From positions 1 to 64,000 of the IMG/VR virus record IMGVR_UViG_3300031555_003626: a stretch of DNA of 64,000 bases. One strand, given 5' to 3'. The DNA comes from a virus (taxonomy: Duplodnaviria > Caudoviricetes). The first letter of the stretch is position 1; each line of letters starts with the position of its first letter. The translations under genes were made by a program, and so were the position numbers. Of the stretch, positions 19,122-28,614 are shown one piece after another. The notes beneath the pieces were generated by a model that had not been told where the DNA came from, made no database searches, and saw nothing but the letters and a program-made list of their open reading frames with translations.

Positions 19122-20318
19122 ATGGCTAAAGATACAGAAAAGAAACTTACAATGGCAGACTTTGCCAAAAAGCTAAACAAGGAATATAGTAATAATAACC
19201 TTGTTATTAAATCCGATATAGTGCCTGTTTATCAGAGACTTTCATCTGGTTTGATGGGTATGGATTATCCTCTATATGGAGGCATTCCTTACGGAAGACT
19301 TATGGTATTTGCAGGTCTTGAGCACTCTGGTAAGACCACTGCTGCTTGTGCAGCTATTGCAGCATATCAGCGTGAAAATCCTGACAAAATATGCGTTTAT
19401 GTGGATGTAGAACATTCACTTGATATTAAGTTCCAGGCAATAATGAACGGAATTGACCTTACTCATTTGTATTATATTAGTCCTGAAGGAATGTCAGGCG
19501 AGCAGATTCTTGAGATGATCCTTGAACTTGAGGATACTGAAGATATCGGTCTTATTGTACTTGACTCTATTCCTGCGCTCGTTCCTCAGTCTATTATGGA
19601 GAATGAGTTTACTAAGGATATGGGTATGCGCGGAAATATGGCAAAAGGTCTTCATAAGTTCTGCCCTACTATGTGTGATAAACTCGCTCGTAATAATAAC
19701 ATTATGATTATGATTAACCAGGTACGTGTTGCGGGTACTACTTATACTGGTGCTGCTATCTATAAGGAGCCGGGAGGAGATGCACCTCGTTATTATGCTT
19801 CTGTTAAAGTTCGTTTTGGTAAGAGAGTATTTATGAAGAACGGCGAAGAGATTAAGGGTGACGACGGTGAAGGAGCAGACGGATTCAGGCTTAAGTTTAA
19901 AATTACTAAGAATAAGACTTGTGCTTGCAACCGCGGTGGAGGATTTATTACGTATACCTACTTGAATGGTGCTGACACCGTAAATGACCTTATCGATGTT
20001 GCTCTTCAGTTTGACTTTATTAAGAGACTTAATAACGTAACTTATGCTCTCGTAAATCTTTCTACTGGCGAAGTAATCACTGACTCTGAAACCGGCGAGA
20101 CTCTTCAGGGTAAGAAGGCTTATTTGATTGAGTATCTTCATACGCATACTTCCTTCAGAGAAAAGTATCTTGCAATGATTAAAGAGTTTATTTCTGCTTC
20201 CAATGACAAGTCTGTTCTTGATAGAGATTCTCTTAAGGAAATTGAAGCAGAAGAAGATGCTATCGAAAGACCTCAGGAAGACGAAGTTAAGAGAAAGATT
20301 CTCCTTGAGGATGCTTAA
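19122..20318 (+). CDS. recA: RecA/UvsX recombinase
   Basis: GGIPYGR, GLEHSGKTT, DVEH, VLDSI, INQVR, PGG, KNK. Confidence 0.93.
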   Translation: MAKDTEKKLTMADFAKKLNKEYSNNNLVIKSDIVPVYQRLSSGLMGMDYPLYGGIPYGRLMVFAGLEHSGKTTAACAAIAAYQRENPDKICVYVDVEHSLDIKFQAIMNGIDLTHLYYISPEGMSGEQILEMILELEDTEDIGLIVLDSIPALVPQSIMENEFTKDMGMRGNMAKGLHKFCPTMCDKLARNNNIMIMINQVRVAGTTYTGAAIYKEPGGDAPRYYASVKVRFGKRVFMKNGEEIKGDDGEGADGFRLKFKITKNKTCACNRGGGFITYTYLNGADTVNDLIDVALQFDFIKRLNNVTYALVNLSTGEVITDSETGETLQGKKAYLIEYLHTHTSFREKYLAMIKEFISASNDKSVLDRDSLKEIEAEEDAIERPQEDEVKRKILLEDA

Positions 20319-20710
20319 TGGTTATAGGCACAGCAAAAAGAAATAAGGAAGGGGCTAAACCCCTTCCTACTCGTAGTTATTCTTCTAAACAAGAAAAAGC
20401 AGTATCAAAAGCAGTTGGCGGAAAGGTTCAGAAAAATTCTGGTGCTACTGCTTTTGATAAAGGTGACGTTATAGTCACAGGTAAGAACGGCTTTCTTCTT
20501 GAGTGTAAAACGAAGACTTCTGCCTCAGAGTCTATCTCTATTAAAAAAGAGTGGTTTGAGAAAAATCGTCAAGAATGTCTACTCACTGGAACTCCTCATC
20601 AGGCAGTAGTTTTTAACTTCGGACCTGGCGAAGAAAATCATTATATTATTGATGAATACTTATTTCAGTTTTTAAAAGAAAAACTTGATGAGCTGGAGGA
20701 TACGATATGA
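20318..20710 (+). CDS. PD-(D/E)xK Holliday junction resolvase-like nuclease
   Basis: QEK, NSGA, KGDV, LLECKT. Confidence 0.7.
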   Translation: MVIGTAKRNKEGAKPLPTRSYSSKQEKAVSKAVGGKVQKNSGATAFDKGDVIVTGKNGFLLECKTKTSASESISIKKEWFEKNRQECLLTGTPHQAVVFNFGPGEENHYIIDEYLFQFLKEKLDELEDTI

Positions 20711-20895
20711 TGCATAAAATGAAACTTAAAAAAGATACAAAAACTATTTATTATGCTTTTGTGCAAAAAATGGAAGTTCCAGCAGATGCTACTGAGCGAG
20801 AGATTGATGAGCTAGTTTGTAAACACCTTAAAGAGCCTGCAGATTACATGTGGTCAGATGAACCAGATTTATTTGACCTTGAGAAATATTGTTGA
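20707..20895 (+). CDS. Hypothetical protein
   Basis: Coupled ORF with GGAGG RBS. Confidence 0.6.
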   Translation: MMHKMKLKKDTKTIYYAFVQKMEVPADATEREIDELVCKHLKEPADYMWSDEPDLFDLEKYC

Positions 20896-20905
20896 GAGGT
20901 AAATT

Positions 20906-21109
20906 GTGGATATTAAAGATTATAGAATTATTGTAACTCTTGCAACAAGTCTTGCGCAGCCCTGCATTTGTAATGGCAGAACAGTTTATGAGTTAGATGT
21001 TGCAAAATTTATTAATGCTCTTGATAATATCTATCCAAATATTTGTATTCCAGTCTCACTGAATGGTGTGGTACTAAATCCAAAAGCTGAAAGTGAGGAA
21101 GAAGAATGA
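20906..21109 (+). CDS. Hypothetical protein
   Basis: GAGG RBS with GTG start. Confidence 0.55.
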   Translation: MDIKDYRIIVTLATSLAQPCICNGRTVYELDVAKFINALDNIYPNICIPVSLNGVVLNPKAESEEEE

Positions 21110-21471
21110 TTAGACCAATTATAAAAGAGCAGCTTGAAAAATGTCAATTTGCTGACTTAAATAACTTTGATCCTAATACAAATACTTTTTATATTAAAAA
21201 ATATTCTAAGCCTACATATGAGGTTAATCACTGTTATTTAGTTAAGCTTCCTTTAAATATTGTTAACGCCGCTGACTCTGTTTTAGCTGTTAACTGGAAT
21301 AACGGAACTTGTCCTAAAACTCAATATCTTAAAATCTATATTTCTAAAGCCCTCGGCACGATGATTTATGTAGACAGTATTGGTTTTGATTTTGATACTA
21401 AGCAGGATCTTAGTATGATGTGGTCTGGCTGGCTCGATAGCTCGCAGCTAACCCAGATTTCTGCTTTATAG
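21106..21471 (+). CDS. Hypothetical protein
   Basis: ATGA-coupled ORF. Confidence 0.65.
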   Translation: MIRPIIKEQLEKCQFADLNNFDPNTNTFYIKKYSKPTYEVNHCYLVKLPLNIVNAADSVLAVNWNNGTCPKTQYLKIYISKALGTMIYVDSIGFDFDTKQDLSMMWSGWLDSSQLTQISAL

Positions 21472-21523
21472 ATATGCGCTAAATTATTTAGTAAATAAAC
21501 TTAGACAGAGGAAAACCAATATT

Positions 21524-22603
21524 ATGACTTTATTTGAAGAATTTAAGCTCTATGAAAATATGTGGGAACCACTTACTGAGGCGGTATATCTTGAAGCATT
21601 GCCTACAAAACCTGGTATTTACTGTATTATTTTTAATGCATATGATAGTGAAGGAAAAGCTGTACAAAGAAAATATATTGGATTGGCTAAAGATATTCGA
21701 GCCAGAATACAAGAACATTTAAAAGCAGCGCGTCCAGACGGACGTGATTATGTGGTGTATAATGCTATGAGAAAGCATCCATATAAAGTAATTGTACTCG
21801 AAACTCTTGATATATATAATATTACAGCACTAGGGAAGCTCGAAAAGAAATGGATTCAAGATTTACACACATTTATAAATGATAACGCTGAGAATGATAA
21901 TATTAAAACTGTAAATTTTAATGGTCGAAATTATGATCTTACTTGTTCAGGGCCAGGTTATAATATGACTTTTGGTGGGGAAGGCGCCCCATGCTACCCG
22001 CCTGAGATTATTGATGAAATTATAGCACTATATAAGACAAATGAGTATCAGCACGTAAAAACTTATAAAGAGTTTAAAGAAAAATACAAAGCGCATCCGC
22101 AGTATAGTAAACTCAGCTATGATACGCTTAGATTATTTATAGAGGCCAATGATTTGCCTTGGTATAATGAACAAGAGAAAAAAACAGTAGTATATGCTAA
22201 TATTGTGAAACAAGGTGAAAAACTTGAAAAAGACGGGCATAAAAGGTCTTGTTTAATTGCAGTAAAAAATACTACCGACTCAAAGTACCGAATAGTCTGT
22301 GATTCTCAAGCTCAAGCAGATGCTCTTGTTGATTTTATTTGGAAACGCTTTAAAGCAGATTATGAGACTGAATTTAAAACTTATCTAGCAACTCGTACAA
22401 AGCGAGAGCGAGAAAATTCAGGAGCAATGCGCATCAAGTGGATTATTGAACAAGGTCTTTATGATAAGTATCTAGACCTCAGTCAGTACGACATTAGTGC
22501 TATTAAAAGTACTAAAAAGAGTCTTGGTGGTGAAGGGCAGACTGGTATAAAAATTGCTACTGGTCGAGGCAGTCTTTGTAGTATCGCTTACAATGCTGAG
22601 TAA
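21524..22603 (+). CDS. GIY-YIG nuclease with N-terminal FEEFKLYEN leader
   Basis: PGIYCI, KYIGLA, RIQEH, LEKKWI, GYNMTFGG. Confidence 0.8.
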   Translation: MTLFEEFKLYENMWEPLTEAVYLEALPTKPGIYCIIFNAYDSEGKAVQRKYIGLAKDIRARIQEHLKAARPDGRDYVVYNAMRKHPYKVIVLETLDIYNITALGKLEKKWIQDLHTFINDNAENDNIKTVNFNGRNYDLTCSGPGYNMTFGGEGAPCYPPEIIDEIIALYKTNEYQHVKTYKEFKEKYKAHPQYSKLSYDTLRLFIEANDLPWYNEQEKKTVVYANIVKQGEKLEKDGHKRSCLIAVKNTTDSKYRIVCDSQAQADALVDFIWKRFKADYETEFKTYLATRTKRERENSGAMRIKWIIEQGLYDKYLDLSQYDISAIKSTKKSLGGEGQTGIKIATGRGSLCSIAYNAE

Positions 22604-22696
22604 GTTTATAATAAAATAAAAGACGGTTCATTAAATTGGACCGTCTTTTATTGTATAATATAGTATATAAAAATATCTAAAAGAGGAAATAATACA

Positions 22697-23731
22697 ATGA
22701 AAAGTTTGGCTGTAAAATATCGTCCTACTACTTTTGAAACAGTTGCTGGACAAAATGTGACTACTAGAATTCTTAATAAAGTACTTGAAAAGCAGGCTTT
22801 CAAGAATGCCTATCTTTTTGCAGGCCCTTCTGGATGTGGCAAAACAACTTGTGCCCGTATTTTTGCTAATGCTATTAACGGAGGCATTGGCGAGCCCGTA
22901 GAAATTGACGGTGCATCTAATAATGGAGTAGACCAGGTAAGAGCTATCGTAGAGTCAGCTAATCAGAGAAGCCTTATTGGTAATTATAAGATTTATATTA
23001 TTGATGAGTGCCATATGATTACTTCCGCAGGCTGGAATGCTTTCTTGAAGGGGCTGGAGGATTGTCCTGAATATACTATCTTTATATTCTGCACCACCGA
23101 GCCCAATAAGATTCCTGTGACCATTCAGAATAGAATGCAGCGTTTTAATATCGCTAAGATTGGTGCTCAGGAAATCAAAGATAGACTCTTTTATGTTTGC
23201 CAGCAAGAAGGCTTTATTAACTACGAAGATACCTGCGAGCTTATTAGTAAGCTCTGTGATGGTTGTATGAGAGAAGCTCTTACGATGCTTGATCAGTGTG
23301 CTGATTTGTCTAACGATCTCAGCCTTGAAAATACTAAAGCAGTTCTCGGTGAGGCACCTTTTGAAAGAATGCTTAAGCTCACTAATTGTTTGATTGGCCA
23401 CAATGAGCAGTTTACTCTCGTAGCTATTGAAACTCTCGCTCAAGAAGGTAAGGACCTTAAGCAGTTTGTAAACGAGTATCTTAGCTTTACTCTTGAGCTT
23501 ACTAAGTATATCCTGTTCCAGAATATCGGTGCATCAAATATTCCTGCTTATCTTGAGAATGCTACTGACCCCATGATTAGCGTAAAGAGCACTACTTCTT
23601 TCGAGAATTCTTTGGGTTGGTTTAATAACCTTGCTACCAAGCTTCTTGAAGTTAAGAATGCTATTAAGTATGATACTTCAGTAAAGGCAGTTGTAGAAGC
23701 CTACATGCTCCAAATTTGTCGTGGCAATTAA
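22697..23731 (+). CDS. dnaX: Clamp loader gamma/tau-like subunit
   Basis: LAVKYRP, GPSGCGKTT, EIDGAS, IIDECH, CTTE. Confidence 0.9.
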   Translation: MKSLAVKYRPTTFETVAGQNVTTRILNKVLEKQAFKNAYLFAGPSGCGKTTCARIFANAINGGIGEPVEIDGASNNGVDQVRAIVESANQRSLIGNYKIYIIDECHMITSAGWNAFLKGLEDCPEYTIFIFCTTEPNKIPVTIQNRMQRFNIAKIGAQEIKDRLFYVCQQEGFINYEDTCELISKLCDGCMREALTMLDQCADLSNDLSLENTKAVLGEAPFERMLKLTNCLIGHNEQFTLVAIETLAQEGKDLKQFVNEYLSFTLELTKYILFQNIGASNIPAYLENATDPMISVKSTTSFENSLGWFNNLATKLLEVKNAIKYDTSVKAVVEAYMLQICRGN

Positions 23732-23805
23732 AAAATATTCGTATATATGCTAAATTAAATAGTGATTAAAAATCAAAGTTAATTGTAGTAAAGGAATATT
23801 TTATT

Positions 23806-24291
23806 ATGAAATTACATGAAGAATTTAAGCTCTATGAGAACCTATGGGATAACAAACCGGTAGAGCAAAATGAAGAAATTTCTAAGGGGTCTCTCAAAGA
23901 AGCCCGCAGTGTAGCTGAGATTAAAGCAGAGATTCGCACACTTATGAAAGAATTGCGAGATGCAGAAAGGGCAGAAAGGGCTGCTGCAACAACTTCGACT
24001 ACAACTCCTTCTGTTGCCTCGGTTAGTAAAGCTAAACCTACTAATGTATGGGTTTGGGACATCTATCTTACTCCTAAGAAAAAGGGCACTTGGACAAGTA
24101 TTCAAAATGATTTAGTATTTGAAACACAAGATAAAGCACTAGATGCTGCTTGGAGGCTACTTAATGAGCTTGACGACGAAGGAGAGCTTAGAGGCGATCC
24201 TGATGATTACTATGTAGAAGCTTTTGAAATTCCACTTAGCTCGGTATCAAAAGAAGTTCTTAATTATTCTAATCTTACACATTTAATATAA
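23806..24291 (+). CDS. Hypothetical protein with HEEFKLYEN leader
   Basis: Own promoter, AAGGA RBS and terminator. Confidence 0.75.
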   Translation: MKLHEEFKLYENLWDNKPVEQNEEISKGSLKEARSVAEIKAEIRTLMKELRDAERAERAAATTSTTTPSVASVSKAKPTNVWVWDIYLTPKKKGTWTSIQNDLVFETQDKALDAAWRLLNELDDEGELRGDPDDYYVEAFEIPLSSVSKEVLNYSNLTHLI

Positions 24292-24381
24292 TATAAAAAC
24301 TTTAAAGACAGTTCATTAAATTGAGCTGTCTTTTATTGTATAATATTATATATAATTATAACTTTATGGAGTTTATATTTA

Positions 24382-25176
24382 ATGAATATTATTGGACAAA
24401 CTAAATTACTTTCAAGAATTGCTACATACTATACTATGGAGTATCTTCCTAAAACTTTAATGTTTATTGGTCCGACTGGCTGTGGAAAACATACAATAGC
24501 GCGTTATGTAGCAGAAGAGTTTAAGCTTGACTTTATAGAAATCGAAGAGTCTGTATCTGCCCAGGACCTTGAGGATTATACACATAAAACTATTGATACT
24601 CTTTATCTTATCAACTTAAATAAGTTTACTGAAAAGCAGCAGAATCAGTTTTTGAAGTTTATTGAGGAGCCTTCGAAGTCTGTTTATGTTGTCTTGATTG
24701 CAAATTCTGAGGCTGGTATTTTAAATACTATTCTTAACAGAAGTATTAAATATCATCTTGAGCCTTATACAAAAGAACAGATTGAGCAGATTACTAATAC
24801 TTCTGTTAATGACCTTGCTTTTAAGATTTTTCAGACGCCTGGCAAACTTCTTAATTTAACAGAGCAGAGTTTTAACGATGTTCTGGGCTTAGCAAATACA
24901 GTAGTGCGCAGCATTAATAGAGCGACGTATCCAAATGCGCTCGTAGTGTCTACAAAAATTAACTATAAAGATTTGTATAATAAAATAGACTTTGACCTAT
25001 TTTTTGATGCAGTCGAGTACCTTGCATTAGAGGATTATATAAATAATAAAACTGAACAGAGCTTGACCGTATTTAAAACAACAAATCAGTTTAAGCAATA
25101 TACAACACAACAAAATCTTATTAAAGAAATTCTAATGATAAACTATCTTACTACACTTTGGGAGGCTGTACAATGA
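24382..25176 (+). CDS. Clamp loader delta-prime-like subunit
   Basis: IIGQ, GPTGCGK, QNQFLKFIEEP, TILNR. Confidence 0.75.
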   Translation: MNIIGQTKLLSRIATYYTMEYLPKTLMFIGPTGCGKHTIARYVAEEFKLDFIEIEESVSAQDLEDYTHKTIDTLYLINLNKFTEKQQNQFLKFIEEPSKSVYVVLIANSEAGILNTILNRSIKYHLEPYTKEQIEQITNTSVNDLAFKIFQTPGKLLNLTEQSFNDVLGLANTVVRSINRATYPNALVVSTKINYKDLYNKIDFDLFFDAVEYLALEDYINNKTEQSLTVFKTTNQFKQYTTQQNLIKEILMINYLTTLWEAVQ

Positions 25177-26090
25177 TTTTAATGGATCTTAAAAAATTTA
25201 TTACTGACAAAATTGTACCGTCAGACTTTATGATTTTTGTTAGTAAGGATTGCCCGTTTTTAGCTTCACAGTATGTAAAGGCCCTTGGAGATTTGTCTAT
25301 CAGTGGCATTAATAAAATAAATAGTATATATGAACCACAGCAGTCATCTATTATGCTTCTTACTAATACCGAAGGCGCTCTTAATGTTTTATATACTGAT
25401 ACTTTTGATGAACGTTCAGAAGATTATAGTCAGTTTGAAAATACTATCGTAGTATGTGAGCAAGTATCAAAAGATATTGCAAAAAATGTGGAAAATTATA
25501 TTATTAAATTTCCTAGGCTTACTGATTGGCAAATTTGTGATTATGCTAAAACTCTTTGTCCGAATGTGGAAGAAAGCGAGCTTATGTGGCTTGTCCAGGC
25601 GTCTGACAATAGTATCGAGAGAGTTTTAAACGAACTTGATAAGGTAGCTTTGTTTAGTAAAAACGAGCAGAAGGAAGTGCTTGCGGCTATTAGATTTGAC
25701 CCGCAGACGGACCTGTATAAAGCTGACCTTTTTGATATTGTCAATGCCTTAGTTGAAGGCGATATGCTGACTCTTAATGACTTTATGAAGCATAATGGCT
25801 GGGACATTCACGAGCCCGTTGTTTTAGTAAATAGAGCGTTTAACAGCTTGAAAAATATTATTTTGATTTCTCAAAATGCAAACTTGTCAGCTGAAGACTG
25901 TGGAGTATCTGCTGGACAGTTTAAATTTATCAAATATAAGTATAAGAGCCTTAATATGGCAGCAGTAAAGCAGAAGCTTAAGTTTCTTGCTAACTTTGAC
26001 TTGATGCTCAAAACGTCACAACTTGAGCTTAATAAACGAGACATGATGAGTTATATCATTAATAATATGTATTATAAAATAACTAACTAA
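25173..26090 (+). CDS. Clamp loader delta-like subunit
   Basis: NELDKVALF and LFDIVNAL patterns; follows the delta-prime-like gene. Confidence 0.65.
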   Translation: MILMDLKKFITDKIVPSDFMIFVSKDCPFLASQYVKALGDLSISGINKINSIYEPQQSSIMLLTNTEGALNVLYTDTFDERSEDYSQFENTIVVCEQVSKDIAKNVENYIIKFPRLTDWQICDYAKTLCPNVEESELMWLVQASDNSIERVLNELDKVALFSKNEQKEVLAAIRFDPQTDLYKADLFDIVNALVEGDMLTLNDFMKHNGWDIHEPVVLVNRAFNSLKNIILISQNANLSAEDCGVSAGQFKFIKYKYKSLNMAAVKQKLKFLANFDLMLKTSQLELNKRDMMSYIINNMYYKITN

Positions 26091-26101
26091 GGAGGACCTG
26101 A

Positions 26102-27049
26102 ATGGAAGAAACAGAACAGAAAGCTTTAGACAGGTTTTCCTACTCGAAAATCAGTGTCTATAAGCAGTGTCCTTTTAAATATCTGGTAAAATATAAAGAA
26201 AAGAATTTTGTTGATAGCAGTTCGATCGCAACAGAATTTGGAAGTCTCATTCATGAAACTGAAGAACGAATAGCAAAAGCACTTCGAAATGAACTGCCGA
26301 TAAATTATATCGCGCTTAAAAATCATTTCATTATCGAGAGCAGAAAACTTGCTCTAAAGTATCCGGCCGATTTCGGTAAACTAGATAAGTCAGGGAGAAC
26401 CTATAGAGAAAAAATATATCTTTATCTTGATTCTGCTATTTACCGACTTGAAAAATTTTTAAAGAATAACCCTAACTTAGTAATTATCGGTATTGAGCAG
26501 AAGTTTGAATATGACTACGACGGCGTCCATTCTTTTAATGGCTCTATTGACCGAGCATTTTTAAATATAAATACCGGTGAAATTTTAATTCAAGATATTA
26601 AAACCTGGCCAGTACCCGCACAGGACAGTGAGCTAAAAGTACCGCTTCAATTTGCTGTATATATGATGGCAGCTCAACAGCTTTGGGACACACCTTTTGA
26701 TAAAATCAAATGTGAGTATGACCTTCCTTTTTGTGATATTGTTCAGCCCGCGTTATCCGATAATATCGTAGAAGAAGGAAAGGCTGTTTTGGATAAATTG
26801 TTTAAAGGAATCCAAAATGAAAACTTTAAGCCTGCTATCTCAGCGCTCTGTCATTGGTGCGAATATAATCCTTTAACAAATCCCGGCATTCTTGACACAA
26901 AGCCTAATGCAATTTGTCCTTACTTTAGCACTTGGCAAAAATCTGGTGATAAGGTGTATGATACTATATGTAAATGGGAAGGCCTTGAGAGTATTGGGGT
27001 CGATAGACAGCTTATTATCAGTCAGCTAAGGCAGGCTACATCAGCCTAA
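26102..27049 (+). CDS. RecB/Cas4-like PD-(D/E)xK exonuclease
   Basis: SYSKI...CP, GSIDR, QDIKT, CHWCEY...CP. Confidence 0.8.
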   Translation: MEETEQKALDRFSYSKISVYKQCPFKYLVKYKEKNFVDSSSIATEFGSLIHETEERIAKALRNELPINYIALKNHFIIESRKLALKYPADFGKLDKSGRTYREKIYLYLDSAIYRLEKFLKNNPNLVIIGIEQKFEYDYDGVHSFNGSIDRAFLNINTGEILIQDIKTWPVPAQDSELKVPLQFAVYMMAAQQLWDTPFDKIKCEYDLPFCDIVQPALSDNIVEEGKAVLDKLFKGIQNENFKPAISALCHWCEYNPLTNPGILDTKPNAICPYFSTWQKSGDKVYDTICKWEGLESIGVDRQLIISQLRQATSA

Positions 27050-27122
27050 AACTACATAAGAGCCTATGAAAATAGGTTCTTTTTATTGTATAATATAATA
27101 TAAAGGTTTAAGGAGTTTATAA

Positions 27123-27947
27123 ATGAATTATCAATATGATTTAATTATAATTGGTGATAGCAAAGAAGGCAATCAAGTGGTAAAAAGTATTGCAATGACA
27201 AATCTTAATATTAAAATTGCTTTTATTAGCAGAGAGTTTAAGACTACAACGACACCTGATTTTTTAAATGTTGAGTACATAAAAGATGAAGTATTGCTCA
27301 CTGATTATAAAAACAGACTTTTCGGTTGTTATCTAAAAAGTGGTAACAGACTTTATACAACACATCTTGTCTTCGCTATGGGTCAAAAATATGCGCCTTT
27401 TACTGTTAATAACAAAAAGGTATCTAATGTTTTCAATTCCACAGTAGATATTCCTAAAGAAGCTAAGAAGCTACCCGCTATTGTATTAGCGCATAACGAA
27501 GCTGATATTACTATGGCTTTTGATGTTGCAAAGAAATATAAGTATGTTTATCTGTGCCTTGACGAATTCGGTGGGAAATGCTCTGAAGTTGTAAATAAAA
27601 AACTGCTACCTAAGCAATCATCAAATATTGTTGTTTTGCCAAACACACACATCAAGAAAGTTTCTGCTTACGATGAAACATTAATTAATGTCGAACTCGA
27701 TAATTACTCAACAGTACTTTGCGCAGCCATTTATGCTAAAACAGAGGTTAGTCCGGATACTGCTTGTATCCCGGCAAGAGCTGGTTTAATCAAGGCTAAT
27801 GAAGCAGGCTATCTTGAAACTAGCGATATGCTTGAATCTACATTAGTACCTAAGTGCTTTGCAGTTGGAAATTGTGCTCAAAAATGTACAAAGAAAATGA
27901 TAAATTCTTTGATAGAAACTATTTTAACAGATTTTGGAGGAACTTGA
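27123..27947 (+). CDS. Degenerate thioredoxin-reductase-like protein
   Basis: YDLIIIGD, GYLET...VPKCFAVGNC; canonical GxGxxG and redox CxxC are absent. Confidence 0.6.
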   Translation: MNYQYDLIIIGDSKEGNQVVKSIAMTNLNIKIAFISREFKTTTTPDFLNVEYIKDEVLLTDYKNRLFGCYLKSGNRLYTTHLVFAMGQKYAPFTVNNKKVSNVFNSTVDIPKEAKKLPAIVLAHNEADITMAFDVAKKYKYVYLCLDEFGGKCSEVVNKKLLPKQSSNIVVLPNTHIKKVSAYDETLINVELDNYSTVLCAAIYAKTEVSPDTACIPARAGLIKANEAGYLETSDMLESTLVPKCFAVGNCAQKCTKKMINSLIETILTDFGGT

Positions 27948-27948
27948 G

Positions 27949-28521
27949 ATGTTGACTATTGAACAAAAGAATAACAATGAAATTAAGTTTATGGAGCTTC
28001 TTGCTAAGCTTAATATTGATCTTACAGAGCTTAATAAGTTTCTTGATGAAGTTGACTACTTTAATAAGCCTGCTTCTACTCAATATATGGGAGCTTATCC
28101 TGGCGGACTTTGTGAGCATGCGCTTATTGTAGCCCACGAGCTAGGCGTTTTGTGTAACGCTTATTACCCCGGCCGATACACAGAGGAAGATGTTATTAAG
28201 GTAGCTTTGCTTAAAGATATTTATAAGGCGACTATGTATGAAGCTTATATGAAAAATGTTAAGGATGAAACTACCGGTCAGTGGATAACTCAGCCAGCCT
28301 ATAAAACACGTGAAGCTAATATGAGGCCTGTATTTGGCAATGCCGGCTTAAGTTCATATATGCAAATTAAAAAGTATGTCGAACTAACCGATGAGCAAAT
28401 TGAAGCAATTCTTCATTCAAGTCCCCAGAGCTTTGATCCTGATATTCACGAGGTAATGAGAACATACCCATTGGTAACGCTTACTAGAATGGCCGAGATT
28501 GCTGCTACTTATATTAATTAA
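27949..28521 (+). CDS. Degenerate HD-domain protein
   Basis: PAS..Y.GAYPGGLCEH, ALLKDIYK (KD in place of HD), EAILH. Confidence 0.65.
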   Translation: MLTIEQKNNNEIKFMELLAKLNIDLTELNKFLDEVDYFNKPASTQYMGAYPGGLCEHALIVAHELGVLCNAYYPGRYTEEDVIKVALLKDIYKATMYEAYMKNVKDETTGQWITQPAYKTREANMRPVFGNAGLSSYMQIKKYVELTDEQIEAILHSSPQSFDPDIHEVMRTYPLVTLTRMAEIAATYIN

Positions 28522-28614
28522 TACTATGAAAACGGTCTTCTACGAGACCGTTTTTTATTATATTTTATTGTATAATATAAGGTATAGTAAAAAAGTTTGT
28601 AAAGGAAACAACTC

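Noticed and set aside
26102-27049. Cas4 as evidence of a CRISPR system
   Set aside because: No array or other cas genes; solo RecB/Cas4-like nucleases are common in phages.
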